64,000 bases of DNA from Callorhinchus milii (taxonomy: Eukaryota). Below the pieces are notes generated by a model. That model searched no databases and had not been told where the DNA came from. It saw only the letters and a list, made by a program, of their open reading frames with translations. Position numbers and translations under genes: made by a program. Location of the stretch: NCBI RefSeq assembly GCF_018977255.1, contig NW_024704743.1:73224001-73288000 (forward strand), read 5' to 3'. Each line of letters opens with the position of its first letter. Positions within the stretch are counted from its first letter, which is position 1. Below, piece by piece: positions 36,913-51,377 of this stretch.

Positions 36913-37713
36913 ATGAAACAGTCAGCCTTGGGAAAAGGACTTGAACAACTGATACGATAGAAATATCTTATGCTGCACATATATGTTCTTTAAATTGCTG
37001 TTTCAAAATGCTGCTTGTGTTAAATTCACAGACCAACCAATTCAGTAGAATGCACAGAGTTAATTTCAGTTGTGTGTGTTTATGAGACTTGCAAAATTAT
37101 GCACATGGTGCAAGGTGACAAGGAATGTAATTTCCCTACACTGTGTGCAGAGGTACAATTTTGCATGTGTAAACCTGGATTTATTTGCTAATAGTGTGAA
37201 GGTACAACACCAACTTACATTTACATAGTGCCCTTCATGTATGATAATGACCCTTATTGTAATGCTTACAAGTTAAGTGTCAGTAAAAAGTTTGTGATGG
37301 GGAGAGAATTGAAAAGAGAGAGATCAAGAGAGAATATGTCTTACAGAGACAGATACAAATTGAGTGAGAGAGAGAATAAAATGAGTCTGAGAGAGTGAGA
37401 AGGGCTGGTACAATGTGATGCAACGACAGTTTTCAAGAATACACTAAATTCACAGTGTTTAAAAATTTGGAAAACATGTTATCATAGTTATTAGAGTAAA
37501 TTTTATTGTACACTAATATCTGAAATTATACGATGCGTGTTTTCTGCCCTCTATAATTACTGTATTGATTTTACTTTTCCCACCAAATATAACTGAAAAT
37601 TGTGAGGGAGGTTGCCTTATAATTGAATTCCGTTATATTGTAAAGTCTAATGTTAATAATGTACATTACCGTATATCTTTTGGATTTTCCCAATCTGGCT
37701 TTGTGGGTATTAG

Positions 37714-38020
37714 ATGTCAGCCTGGCTCAATTGGTAGAATTTTGAGTTAGAAGGTTGTGTGTTCAAGCCCCACGTCAAGACTTACAACTCACAGTGTAGG
37801 TTGACACTCCAATGTATAGGGGAAACACTGCATTGTTGGAGTTGCTGCTATTCAAAAAGAGAAGCGAGTTTGTTTGTGAGGACATTGCTGTGCAAATTAG
37901 CTGCCATCTTAGTCTACAAATACAGTCACTACATTCTACGATAAATCCTGTGAAGCACTTTGAGATATCCTTCCAACGTGAAAAACACATTAACAAATTG
38001 AAAGAGTATTGTTATTATAT
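37714..38020 (+). mobile_element. SacSINE1-like SINE with internal deletion
   Basis: tgtcagcctggctcaattggtagaa head, body and tail. Confidence 0.75.
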
Positions 38021-38999
38021 GTTATTAGCTCTGCTTGCACCTTCTGAATGAGAATGGTAATTGATGCCAAGACTGGCCAATCTGAAAGCAATTTGGTGCA
38101 GTGAGCTGACATATTGCAAATTAAGTTGAGACTGGCCAAACATATTCAATTAGAAACAGTCAAAGAGATGGAGCTAACAGAGGCTTCACCTTGCATCCCA
38201 GATGTATTTTAAACAAAGTTTCAGCTGAAAGATCAGCGCCCAAACCTTTTGCAGGAACCACAACTTGCACTCTGTTTTTCTCAACATCCAAAATTCTATT
38301 TTTTCAGAGTTTTAGAATAACACTTTTTGATGCTTAAAAATATCATTAAGTAAAATACTTATTGAAGTTTTATTGAAACTAAGGATGAGACTAATGCTTG
38401 ACTGCCGTTAGTGCTTTCTCACCTTAGACACTGACTGATTAACCTGCGTGGATGCTCACGCCACCACACGGAGTCAGTGCGGGACATTGTTGTCTTGTTT
38501 GACCCCAACTAACTAACCCATTGGGATGCTGAGACCCTCATCCATCCAAATCCCTACTTGACCTTGCCCCATCCTACCTCTCTGACCTAAGCTATCACAG
38601 GCTTGCTTCATGGTACCTGCCTGATCCACCCCAGCAATCGTAGGTAATCATGGAATCCCTCTGCCTCACCTCCTCAATTCCTACTTTTAAAACCTGTGAT
38701 TTTGGTCACCATTTCTTAGCCCCCAACATACTCAACTCTCCCCCTGCCCCCCTCTACTTCCCAACCCAACCCCAGCTCGGGTGCTCAATCAGCTGGTGTG
38801 AAGAGCATTGTTAGCATTCTACTATATACATCGTTGTTGATATCTTATTTAAGTTAAAATCTTTATTGCAAAATATGATTAAGAATGGATGGAAGAGATT
38901 TATTTAACAGGCAAACGCTTTGGAACATCCTCCTGATGTGTAAAGTTGTTGTTGTTGTTTATCATGCAGTAGCATTCTTGTAATGTTTACAAGTTTGGA

Positions 39000-40530
39000 C
39001 AAAGAAGGCTCTTTAGACCATTTGATCTCATCATTCCAGAATACCCAACCTACCATCCTACTATTACAGCATTACGCTGTTTTTTAAATGAGTCCGGTGT
39101 CCTGGCCTCAATTACCCTTCTTTGTAATCTGTTACAGTCATTGATTATTCTCTGAGTAAGCAAAAATATCCTGAAATTACCCCTTTGCGACTCTCAACCA
39201 ATGTGCTCTTGTTCTACTGTCTTGGTACATCCTAAAGTATTGTTCTGGGTTTGCTTTCCCATTCAAAATGTTATACTTTTCTAAGGTCCACTCTGAGGTG
39301 TCTTTATTTGAGACTGAAGAGCCCCAGGTTGTGTAATCATTGGCTCATAGCCCATTGCTCTAACATTGAGAATCATTCTCTTTATTCTCCTCTGCATTGC
39401 CTATAGGGCATGCTAGCCCCTTTATGTTGCAGCAACCATAACTATATGTAGTATTCGATGAATCACTCACCCCTAGATCTGTTTAAGTTTCCCCCTTGAC
39501 ACATTTTATCCTATCCTGGAGTACATGAGTTTCCTATTACTGCTTTAAATAGTACTTTGCATTAATTCACTCAGTGGTTAGAGCACTTGCCTCACAATCT
39601 AGAGACCTGGGTTCGATTCCCAGCAGGGTGAAACGTTCGGCAAGTTTCCTTACTCCACATACCTCTGTTTACCTAGCAGTAGGTAGGAACCTTGTTATTA
39701 GTTGATTGACTGATCGCTTTTCCAGTGGTAATAATACATACGTACGTACATACATACGTAAATGACTGAATCCAAACCTTTTGTGGAACACCGGTGTGCG
39801 CAAATGGCTGCTCCATTTCGCCCACAAAATATACAGTTAATTCACTTTATACTATATTCTGTGAAGCGCTTCAAAACGCCTTCCCAACTTGGTGTCTTCT
39901 GCAAATTTAACTGTCTTGCACTACATCTGCAAATCCAGGCCATTAATAATTACAAGAAACAAGGGGGATTCCAGTACAGACCCCTGAGGCACCTTGCTTA
40001 ATATCTCATTTGACCTATTTTGACCAAGTTCCCTTAACAAAGGTATCGGCTTCCTTCCCTTCAGCCAATTCCGTCTGTGATCCCCTTGATATCAAGCGAC
40101 TGCAGATTGTGAAGGAGTCTTTCAAGTAGTACTTTATCAATAATAATAATAATAATAAACCCCTTTTTGGAGTCTGGATATTCTAGATCATATGGCTTCA
40201 CAGTAAATTTGGGATGTCATCTCCTCAAAAAAATCTGTGATGTTGATCAAACAAGTCCTACCCTTTCTGAACCCATCTTGACTGTCATTTGTTATATTAT
40301 TTTTATACAAATACTTTTCTATTTTCTTTCTGATGATTAATTCCATATTTTTCCAATTGTTGAGGTCAGGCTAATGGTCTATAGTTACCAGGTATCGTTA
40401 TCACCTTTCCAGAAAATGGAAACAACATTTGCTGGCTTCTAGTCTGTTACAACCTCACCAGTGGTGATGGACTCCCTCTTAATGTCAGTCAATGCCACAC
40501 AAATCTCCTGTCTTGTCTCCTGAAGTGACA
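39000..40530 (-). mobile_element. Old CR1 fragments (interrupted by a SINE)
   Basis: Reverse-strand remnants PGNYRP, WNWLKGRK and GLFSL. Confidence 0.6.
39569..39885 (+). mobile_element. tRNA-derived SINE, long subfamily
   Basis: Head to tail, with an internal (TACA/TACG)n. Confidence 0.87.
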
Positions 40531-42084
40531 GTTTTGCTACTTATAATAGGAAAAGGAAGACTTGGAGCACCTTAGAGGGTGCTCATTTTACCATCATAAT
40601 CCCAGTCTTCAATTAACTTTTCTCATTGGGTTTTGGAATATTTTTTGTTTGAACATTTATGAATGCTGATGGCATAATTGGAGGACTAGTAGGATGAGTT
40701 GCTTAGCCCAAGAATATGAAACCGCTGAATTAAAAAGTTAATAATTGCTGGGTTACTGATTGAATCTCCATTGAAGTAAGTTTAGCTCCCTGAAACAAAC
40801 AGCCTTAGTAGCTCCTTCAAGCCCGTTTGCTCAATGTTGTCATTAACGTTCATTGGTTAAAAATATATATGCATCAAATCTACAGCTATAAATAATGTGC
40901 ATCAGAATTCCTTTACATTATTTGCCTTTTAAAAAGGAGACCGATGGTGAGACTGCTTTAATTAATGTGGTTAACGTGAATGTGGTCTTAATCAACATTC
41001 TAATATTTTACAATTGCAGTAAATCTCAGAAACGGAAAGCTGTCAAATCTCCTTCCTTTCACTCCATTGGGTTTTCATTATTGTAGAAGTTTCTAGACGA
41101 TCCATCTGTCTTTGAAAAGGTTGGATTTTGAGATGTCAATTCTAAATTATCTGTTCTAATTAATACAATAGTCCATTTTCTGGAAACAGTAACATCAATT
41201 GGATAATAATTATTCTCTGGGGATGGCAATTAATTGAGCCAGATCTGCAGAATGCAAAGAATAGGCAAGCAAGGGTTTATCATGTCCTAGTATTCTTTTA
41301 ATAAAATAACTATCAGTATTCTAAATTGAAAACACACTAATGTTCCAAGCCCAAAACAGGCTATTGGTTAAACAGTAGAGACTAACAGAGAAGACTGGCT
41401 GAGCTCAAAGTTGATGTGCTTCACATCAGAATGTCGGAATCAAGTCAATTCTCTTTGGTAGTCTCAGTAGTATATACAATTGGTTCCTCACATATTTCAT
41501 GGCTGTTTCTGGGACATTATTGTGCTCAAGCTGGCTGCTGCATTAGTCTACAAAAGATTCGCCCATGAAGTGCTTTGAGACATCCTCTTGACATGAAAGG
41601 TGCTATATTAAATGTAAGAATTATTATAATAATCTGGTTCCTGAGCCAGGCAGGTCTACAGTACTCCAGATCACTGCTGGTGATGGTCAGCCTGACTCAT
41701 TGACAGTTCTTGGAGAGGCAGACACAGGGAGTAGGGAATCTTTCCACCTAGCTCAACAATGATAACTTGCACTTATATAGTGCCCTCCACTCAGGGGTTT
41801 ATCTTGAAGTTGATCCATTCGATGATGGGGAGCTTCTGTTAACCCTGCAAGCCAAAGCCCGAAAGCACAGGGTGGTCCTAACTGGATAAGTTGTGGGAGG
41901 ATTGTGAGTCAAAGCTCTTAATGGCATGCACTGCAATTTTAGCTGGTTAAACTTCAACCCTCCTTCCTGACGCATATGCAATCACTAACCAGGACTGCTT
42001 TCCTCCACCACTGCCACATTGGCCACCTCCGATCCAACGATGTGAAAAGGCGCTATATCAAGTGCAAGGATTATTATCATTATT

Positions 42085-42640
42085 ATTATTACCTCACACT
42101 GAATGCCGCTGAAACCCTCATCCTTTGTCACTTCTCGCCATGATTTTTCAAAGAACGTCCTTGCTGGTCTCCCCAGTTCCACCATCCACAAGATCCAGTT
42201 AATACAAAATGCCACTGCCCGCATCCTCATCCACACGGAACTCCACATCTCTATCACCCAAAACCTCGCCAGGCTCCATTGGCTTCCCATCTCCGAAAGG
42301 ATTGACTTCAATATTTTCAACCTCAAATACAAATCCTTCATGTCCTAGCATTTCCTTACCTCTCTGACCTGTTTGTACCCTGCTCCTCTGTCCACCCTTT
42401 CTTTCTACTAAGACAGGCCTGCTACCCGCCCCTCAATGCCATCATCGATGGCTGTGCCTTTAACCACTTCACCTAACCTCTGGATCTCCTTGTTTCATTC
42501 CTTCCACCTTGTCTCTCTTCATTTTTAAATCTCACCGAAGACTTACCTTTTCGACCATGCTCAACAGCCAACTGAGCAAGCATAGTGCTGTACTGTGCTC
42601 ACAATCAGACGTGAGGGGCCATATTTATGCAAATTGTTGT
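42085..42640 (+). mobile_element. Old L2 3' fragment
   Basis: [15 protein letters not shown]. Confidence 0.85.
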
Positions 42641-43507
42641 TATAGTTTCCAGACTTAGGTCAGCGGGGGGTGTCCCTCTGGGAGAGGGTGCATTTCACTC
42701 TAGAAACAGATATTTCCATTTGTAGGTGGCATACATATGTGGAACTCTCAGCCTGTTTGGGGTATTCTTTAGCATTGTGAAGGCTTTCTGCATATCTCAA
42801 AAACCTGCCTGACTAAGAACAGTTTGTACATATAGTCTGGCTATACGTTGGTTTGTAGGTTACATTGGGTTTTGTAGTATACAATGATTTTGTACTTACT
42901 GTGTTTTGAGGCACTCACAATTAACCATTGATCTGACTTTCATACCTTCAAAACACTAAGGGCAACATTCTTAAAGTTTCCATTGTATTATTGGCTAAGA
43001 TTTTTCTGTTGGCAACTGGGAGCAATGGTTCTGCCAGAGGTGGTATAATTTTCAACTGAATACATTATTAATAAGGGCTACTGGGACGTTTCCAATCTTC
43101 CTAATACCAACAATAGAAAATTTATTGCTCAGGCTTTGGGAAAAGCACATGCATGGCCAATAAGATGAATAATAGAGTAATAGATTTACAGCTGTTGTAT
43201 AAGGCAAAAAGGAGTTTTTCCCAATGTCCTGGCAATCAATCCCTCAGATAAAATTGGTCATTCACTTCAAGACTGTTTGTGGGACATTGCTGTGCGCAAA
43301 TTGCTGTGTCTGCCTACAAAATACAGTCACTACACCTTATAGTAAATCTTGTGAAATGTATTGAGACATGAATAATAACAATTATTATAAGAATAATCCT
43401 TGAATTTGATATAGTACTTTTCACCTCATGAAAACACCTCAAAGTGCTTCACAGGATCTATTGTAAAGTGCAATGATTATTACATTTTTGGCAAACATCT
43501 TTTTTGG

Positions 43508-44325
43508 TTACCCGGTGTCTGACGCACGTGGAAACCCATCACCCCATCACCGTGCTCAACAGTATCCAAGCCAAACTGAGAATTCCATGCATCCCACCTA
43601 CACCTGGAAATTCTCAAGATGGATTGTTTTAATGGAATGCACACTCTCTCATGGCAGGGTCGCACAATTCCGGAGAGCATTAGGCACAGTTTCGAAAGAA
43701 CTAAGGCTTGGGGACCCCAGAATTTGCTTTGGGGTACTACTGGAGTCTAACCAGCGAAAATGCATAGATTGCCATTGATATAGCTGTTTGGCAAAGTTTC
43801 GCACTGCTTGTCCAACAAAGACCACCCTACTTATTAGGGCTTTGGCTTGCAGGATTAACAGCAGCTAAGTGGGATGACTCTCTGCTCCCGGTATCTGGCC
43901 CACCCTTCCAGATCATGCCAATGAGGCAGCTGGCTATGCTGCCATCAGCAGTGCCCTGGATTACTGCGGACATGTCTGGGTGCTGGCTCGATTCCGATAT
44001 TCCATTGCCAAACAAGTCACCTTGGAACCAGTTCAGCCCCTGTGTACCTCTCCCTCTGCTCCCCAGAAAGCCGCCGGGCAGCAATATCAATGGCAAGCTA
44101 TGCAGTTTTAGCTGGTTAGACTCCCAACAGTTAGCCCAATGCGCGCTCTGGGGTCCCCAAGTCTCGGCTCTTGTCAATCTACAGGATGCTGCCCTCCAGG
44201 GAGAGAGTGCGCATTCCATTGCAACAATCCATCTCTGCGATTTCCATGTGTAGGTGGGATACCTGGAAATCTCAGCTTGAGTTGGATAAGGATGGTGATG
44301 GGCATGTGTCAGATACCCGGCTGAC
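43508..44325. repeat. Unclassified element with about 250-270 bp imperfect inverted arms (43508-43780 / 44083-44325)
   Basis: ccggtgtctgac..cccacctacac..tggaatgcacactctctc..ttggggaccccag..gagtctaaccagc..ttgccattgata is mirrored by tatcaatggcaa..gctggttagactc..ctggggtccccaa..gagagagtgcgcattcca..gtgtaggtggga..gtcagatacccgg. Confidence 0.8.
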
Positions 44326-45549
44326 AAGTAAAACAAGGAGGATGGTCACTAATTAGTTGTTTGACATCTGACACGTGCGGGTTTGAGCCTTAACTAGGTG
44401 GATGGTAGGTACCAGGAACTCCCTGCGAGCTTAATCCATGTCCTTTTGCATGGGGCCTTGGCAAATAGACATGCCTGCTGTGAAGCCGACTCCGCCTGTG
44501 TGTAGGCCAGAGCCCTCCCTCCCTGTAGCAGCTTCCCATGTTTGCCACAAGCTACCTCACAGCCTGATCCTGGAATTTGCAAACGGGTCAGAGGAAGCCT
44601 CTCCACTGCATCCCAGGAGCTTGGATATATAAAGCAGGATTTTGCACTCTCCTCACATGGAAGGCTCCGCATCAAATACAAGGATTATTATTAAAATACT
44701 ATCCAGCTATTTCTTATCTCCTACAAGAGGCGTCATAATAATATAATAATCCTTGCATTTGATATTTGCTTACTTGTAGGGCTACACGACTCCAGCTGTG
44801 TGCTTTGTTATGAACAGTATGGAGTTTTGTCTACTGTTAACTGTTCACTGTCAGATCTCCCACTGCCCCGTACTTTGATGGTGAACGTAATTATCTGTGG
44901 GAAAATCAGAAATTAGCAAAAGAATGTGCATCTGACTGTGCATCTCATGTTTGAAGAGTGTCTTTAACATGCACTGTACATATACTCACTGAATAGCCAA
45001 TTTTGTCTATTTTAGACCTCTAAATCCTTTATGATTGTTGCGTGAGATCTTTGAACCATGTTAAAACGTTACATACTGGATGCTTCTGAGGCGCATTTCT
45101 GATGGACTTGAGATAATGAGCTTCATTACTTGTTTTCCCATATTTTGCATTACTTTGTGTTTCACAACAATATTGTTAGAAAGATTGTATAAGAGGAGTA
45201 GCGAAGGGAACTAGAGAGAGCATGCTACACAGACTATGGCTTCTGGAGTCAGTTGCCACCTAAAGTGCAAAGTATACAAAATAAGGTTGTCATACCTTAG
45301 GTGACTTCAGAACAGTGTATACAGAGATTGAGACTTCATACTGTTGCTATCAAAGATCTGCAGTTCAATACCTGAAGACCTGCAAGATGAACCTGCACTG
45401 GGCTGCTCCACAATCCATGCCCTGTCCTCCACCCTGCCGCCTTTGTGTTTTTGCCTTTACCTTTCCGACTTGAAAGGTACTATATACAGTAAATGTAATT
45501 TGTTGTTGTTGTTAAATCATCTGTGAGAACAATCCAGCTGCTGGCTATG

Positions 45550-46600
45550 TATGTTGCAGAAGCCTTCAATTTCTTTTTTGAGCACCTGTTGGGAACGTAT
45601 GTGATATAAGCCTGAGTGGCAATGCGTTAATCCAGTGATATAGCTTTTGTGTTTGGTGTCTAAACATGTATTCACTTTGGAAGGAAACCATATTATTAGG
45701 TCAGATGCCAACAACATATTTTCCAGTTTATGGGCACAGGTAATGGACAAGATTATAGCCATTATGGTATTGATTATACCCATAGCACAATAAGGGCACC
45801 CAGTTTGAACCATGTTGCTACGTACATTAATGTGTAGATGATAAGTAATCATAATAGAAAAAGAATCGCTCATACCATGGTGTCTATTCACCCGTGTCCT
45901 AACCCAAACCACATTTCTTGCCAGGTTCCACTTTGCAGAACACATTGATTTCAAGATTTTCACTCACTTTTGAATCACAATAACAACTTATATGCACCCA
46001 AACTCAGGGTTGGAAGCAAGAGAGATGGAGGATAGGTGTAGTGAAGTATCACTTCACTCCATGGCACCTTCCTGCTTCTCCAATCTGCTCACATCCCACT
46101 CCACCAGCCACTGATTTTGCTCAGCTGGTTTAGGTCTTCTGCATATCTCTCAATAACAACAAAATAACATTTATAGAGCGCCTTCACGTTGGTAGGATGT
46201 CCCAAAGCGCTGAACAGTCAGGTTCTCTCACCCCTCTGCTCCATCATTGGTGGCCGTACTTTGTTGTTGTTGTTGTTGTTGTTCAGAGCCCTCTTAATTC
46301 TACATGAATAGTTTTATCAGTGAGCTTGGTGCAGCTACATCTCCCAAGCTGTTTGCACCACTTATTCATCCGCAATTCCCATAAGACATGGCTGTCTAGA
46401 AATAGGCTAATCATTGAGAAGAATTTGGGGATTCTGAAGCAAATATTTTAGTGCTTTAACCAATCTGTGGTGTTTTACAGTAGTAACTTTGCAAAGTTGT
46501 TGAAGTAATATTGGTTTGTTGCATATGTCACAATATGATTAGACAGATAGTTAAAACATGCAAAGATGAGGGGCTTATTCAGGAAATGGTGAAGCCAGAG
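45550..46600 (+). mobile_element. PIF/Harbinger DDE transposase fossil, interrupted by L2 pieces at about 45980-46280
   Basis: GIDYTHSTIRAPSLNHVATYIN (45766-45831), then IIEKNLGILKQIF*CF and EVILVCCICHNM (about 46400-46537), parallel the HARBI1-type motifs AIDCTH..APS, IERTFGVLK.RFRCL and IILACCVLHN. Confidence 0.75.
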
Positions 46601-47026
46601 GGGGCACAAGACGTGGTCCCTGAATGTGATGGAAATGGGCATCAAACTGGATGCCAAGTAATTGTGCAATTCTCTGATTGCTACAAAGGAATAATAACTA
46701 AGTTATTTTAAACTGCCCAATGTGTTTTTGCAGTCTTTGAATGTGACTTCTACAAGTACAGAAAATGTACACGATATATATACAATGTGCTGTGCATATA
46801 TCTGTGACAGGTATAAATAAATCCACCACGTGATTCTCTTAGTTGTTTGAGTCCTACTGGTGATAGTGATTTCCATTTTAGTAGATTGTATTGTTCACAT
46901 TCTCTTCAAGCACATTTTTTAAAAAAACAGTACTTTGTATTGCTGTTCTTTTTACATCCTCTTAGGAGCATTTCAGTTCCAGTGACACTATAATCATTTA
47001 CCCTTTTATATGCGTAATTCATTAGT

Positions 47027-47345
47027 GGAGTCCTGTAGCTTTGTGGTTAGAGTACTCGCCTCACAAGCGAGAGGATCTGGGATCATCGGGCAAGTTTATT
47101 TACTCCACATGCAGTAGGAACCCAGTTGTTAGTCGATTGGCGAATAGCTTTTCCAGGGATAATAATCAACCTAAAAAAAAATCGTCAATCAATCCACGAC
47201 TGTTTGTGGGACACTGATGTGTGCAATTGGCTGCTGCATTTCGCCCACAAATATACAGTCAATTCACTTTACAGTATATTCTGTGAAGCGCTTTGAGATG
47301 TCTAGAAGATGTGTTAAGGCCCTATTTCAAATGCGAGGATTATTA
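47027..47345 (+). mobile_element. tRNA-derived SINE, long subfamily
   Basis: Head with a deletion, body and tail. Confidence 0.88.
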
Positions 47346-48042
47346 GATCCAGTGTAGCCTCATTCTGTTAGCTCTTCATGAAATTGTGTAAACACAGTTT
47401 GTCGTACTGTGCCATCTTACAAAACATGGTTGCCTTGTGTGCTTTTACTCTGCTGTAGTTTTCAGTTGAAAGCTGTTTTGTTTCCACAGGTATCTCCATG
47501 TGTAGGTGGGATGCATGGAATTCTCAGTTTTCTTAGGATACTCTTAAGCATGGTGATGGATATCTACATGTGTCAGACACCTGGCTGATGAAAACAAAGA
47601 CGAAAGCTGAGTAATGGAAATGTTTTTGTTCTTTTTATATACTTCCATTATCTGTAAACCATTTGCCTTTCTGCTCCTGTCCCATCCAGGAGACCAATAA
47701 AAATAATTTACCGTAATTATTTATGCGTTCAATCCCCTGTGTCAGTGAAGGTATTTATATTGTTTTTTTTATGGGTATAATTTTCTCACTTCCCATTTCT
47801 TCAGATCTTTGTTTTACCAATCCCTTCTATAAACTAGCATCTGTAATTTGAATCCCCCAGTCAATAAACTAATTTAATCAGGTCTCCATTATGATATTTC
47901 TTGCTATCACAATGGAGACATAATTAAATAAGGCCCCTTGCCCTCCACCCCTCTCTGATACCAGCATCCCGCTCTGATGCAAGCTCCTAATTGTCCAGGG
48001 CCGTGGAACACCCTCCCGACATGAAAGCAGCTATACAAATGT

Positions 48043-48716
48043 AACAACAACAACAAAATTACATTTATATAGCGCCTTACACATCGGGAGGATGTCCCAA
48101 GGCGCTGGACAGACAGAGTTTCGGACCCGAGCTGAGGGTCTGGGTGGGTGAGGGGAAGGGCGGGGGGGAAGCAGAGAAATCGAAAGTGCCATCGAAGAGG
48201 AGGGTCTTGAAGTGGGTCTTGAAAGTGGCGAGGGAGGGGGCGAGGCGGAGGGACTGCGGGATGGAGTTCCAGAGGATGGCGGCAGGGTGGCGGAAAGCTG
48301 ATAGTAGGGCGAGCAAGGCGGGGGACGTGAAGCTGTTAGAAAATAAAATCAGCAAGAGCCTACTGAGCGGAGGGAGCGAACAGGATGGTAGGGGGTTAGG
48401 AGGTCGGAAGGGCCATGAGGAGCTTTGAAGGTGATGACCAGGATCTTGAACTGTATCCTCTGTGTGATGGGAAGCCAGTGGAGTCAGGCGAGGATGGTAG
48501 TGATAGGGTCACGGAGCCTAGTGCGGTAGAGGACACGGGCTGCAGAGTTCTGGATGATCTGCAGCCTGTGGAGGGAGGAGTTGGGGAGGCCGACAAGCAC
48601 TGAGTTTGCATAGTCGAGTCTCAAAGTAATGAAGACGTGTATGAGGGTTTCCGCGGCCTGCGGTGGGACCTGGACGACGTTGCGGAGATGGGGGAACGCA
48701 GAGTGGGTCATGGCAC
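48043..48716 (-). mobile_element. L2 3' fragment
   Basis: LRLDYANSVLVGLPNSSLHRLQ and WNSIPQSLRL. Confidence 0.92.
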
Positions 48717-48819
48717 AATGTGTTATTGTTTCAATTACAGTGCACTTTTACAACAACAACAACTTGGATTTATATAGCATCTCAGAACTTGCGCTTCACT
48801 TTTGTTATGATCATTAGGA

Positions 48820-49200
48820 TGCCTGATGTGTGCGTAAGAGTCTCAAAACCAAACTTTTAAGGAGAACCACATAGCCTCCATTTATCTGGTATAGGATTTG
48901 AATTCTCTTCCCAGAGAGATATATCCCACTTACTTGATTTCAGGAAGTTGAGGTGCAGAGGCAAGACTTTGGGACTCTAGAGAGTATTGGGTTGTTGCTG
49001 GATTTAAACCAGCTAAAATGATGCAGCTTACCTTTGTGAACATTAGCAAGCTTCTTGCTGCTTGTCCAGCTAGGACTAACCTACCATTGAGGCTTTAGCT
49101 TGCAGGTTTAATGAGAACCAAGTGAAATCCTAGTTCTCAGTCACTGGTCTACTTCTTCAAGTTCCACTAAAGAGCTAAGTTCCCACAAGCTTCTTGACCA
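48820..49200. repeat. Further copy of the unclassified long-arm family
   Basis: aaccagctaaaatg, tgcttgtccagc and ggctttagcttgcagg are collinear with 43510-43880. Confidence 0.6.
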
Positions 49201-49782
49201 TATTGACCTCACATGAAGGCAAATAATGAACAATAATTTTAGAAGTGGAGAACAGTGAAATAATATTATGCAATAAAATACTTGTCTTCAAAATGTTTCA
49301 AAGTGCTTAATAGGATTTTCTGTAGAAAAACGTTATTACTGTAAACATACTTCTCCTTATACCGATTAAATGCAACAGCAAAAAAACTTTTTCTAACCAT
49401 TTTTAAACGTTCATTTAACTTTCTATATTTCTTTCAGTTCCTCCATCGAATTGGAGGCTTAGAGATTCATTTAAAATCTATTTTCTGTTACTGAAAGCTA
49501 ATTTTACATATTGGTTTTGTAGAGTTCAAATAGCATAAAATGGGAAAAATTGAAAAAAATCGCATCATGGACACAACCAGATCAAGGTCTGATTTGACTT
49601 TCAAGTCTAAACCAGGAAGAAGGAGCCACAAACAAGTGAACTGGTCAGTGCCGCTCACAGTATGATATGGCAGGATTAAATGAATTCGTCGATAGCACTT
49701 CAAGAGTATTATGCGCGGAAACTTGCTAGGGGATGCATCATGGCTCTGGGTCAGGCTGTGCCACTCTGCCACTCCACTTTGT

Positions 49783-49915
49783 GGAGTCCTGTAGCTCAGT
49801 GGTCAGAGCACTCGCCTTGCAAGCGAGACACCTGGGTTCAATTTCAAGCAGGGCGAAACCTTGGGCAAGTTTCCTTACTCCGCACGCCTAATATTAATCC
49901 CTCCAAAAACCCAAA
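49783..49915 (+). mobile_element. SINE 5' portion
   Basis: tRNA head and CORE-like part only. Confidence 0.88.
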
Positions 49916-51377
49916 AAACCTAACTACCCTACCTATTGAAACAAATGTAGGAAATATTGTTTCTTGGAATAAACCTTTTATGTTGAATAATAAAAAGTAT
50001 TCTTAGAAAACATATTTACAATGACTGGTGTGTGTGTTTTCAGTAAAATTCACAATGAATAGGCACAGATAACATGTCTCCCAATGTAAAATTTGTGTGA
50101 TGAACTTGTGAACTTTTAACTTTAATCTACAGACACTTTATACATGAATAAAAGTACAGTAGTAGGAAATCATTAAAACCATCCTGACTTTGACATTGAC
50201 AATAACCAAGTGGGAGTTGCTTTGCATGAATTCCAATTGTTTTTAATAACCAGAGCATTTTCAAAAATGTTAATGGCTGATCCTCAGACATAATATGAAT
50301 GTTTCCTTTTAACACACTTCAGGATGCATTTTCAGGAATCTGCGTGATTCTTCTTATTAGAATAAAAGTAGTAATTACCCATTCACTCAGAGATGTTTCG
50401 CCCACAAATGTACGGACAATTCACTTTACAGCATATTTCGTGAAGCACTTTGGGACTTCTAGAAGATGTGAAAAGCGCTATATCAAATGCAAGGATTATT
50501 ATGTTATGTGATGGCTGCTATATAAATCTAAGTTGTTCTTGGTATTGTTGTATTTTGAACATACATATGTTTGAAACATGTATGACTGGATTTTAAGTAC
50601 CGTTCCTGAATCAAGTAATAATAGACAATTAACTATTGTCCAGCTTGAGTTGAAGTATATTGCAAATAATTATTATACATGCACTTCCATCAAAGTATTG
50701 CATGATATTTAATAGGTACGTGAGGTTTTCTTTGCGATATTAACCTATTTAAATCATCTACAAAGAACACAAATGCAGTATCAAGTGTCTAGGCACAGAC
50801 TCAATCTGAGAAAAAAAACAGTACTGGCACGGTTTCTATTACTTGTTTTCGATCCGAAACACTGATTGTCCAGGGGTTTGGGACATCTTCCTGATGTGAA
50901 AGGTACAAATGCAATTTTGTTGTTTTTGTTGATTGTGATGGTCACTACAAAGTATTAAGCTGAATTGAAAAGGTTGCAAGCAGCCTTTACTTCTGGAAAG
51001 CAATTTACTTTGTGTTGAAACAAGCCATCTTACACATTCATGCTGAGAGAAATACGTAGTTTTGCTCAGACATATTTCATGCAATAGTAGTTAAAATTGA
51101 CCTATGAAAGCAGATAAAAATGTTGTGTTGGCTGGTGAATCTAATTGGAAATGATATTTTAGTATAGTACCATCTTGTGATGGGAAGACAAGGAGTATGA
51201 AAGAATGTGGCAATGAAAGCTTGGAAGAAAAGAGGGAACAGTCGATCAATGAAAAGAGTAAGTACTTAAGATACATAAGGAGAGCAGAGAGAGGCACCAA
51301 CAAGGTTAAATACGTGGAAATCTGAAAACAGAAACAGAAGTCGCTGGGAACATTCAGCAGGCCAGGCAGCATCTATG

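Noticed and set aside
45517..45963. 148-aa minus-strand ORF, considered as a nested intronic gene such as TEX47
   Set aside because: No recognisable similarity; it is antisense to the Harbinger transposase fossil.
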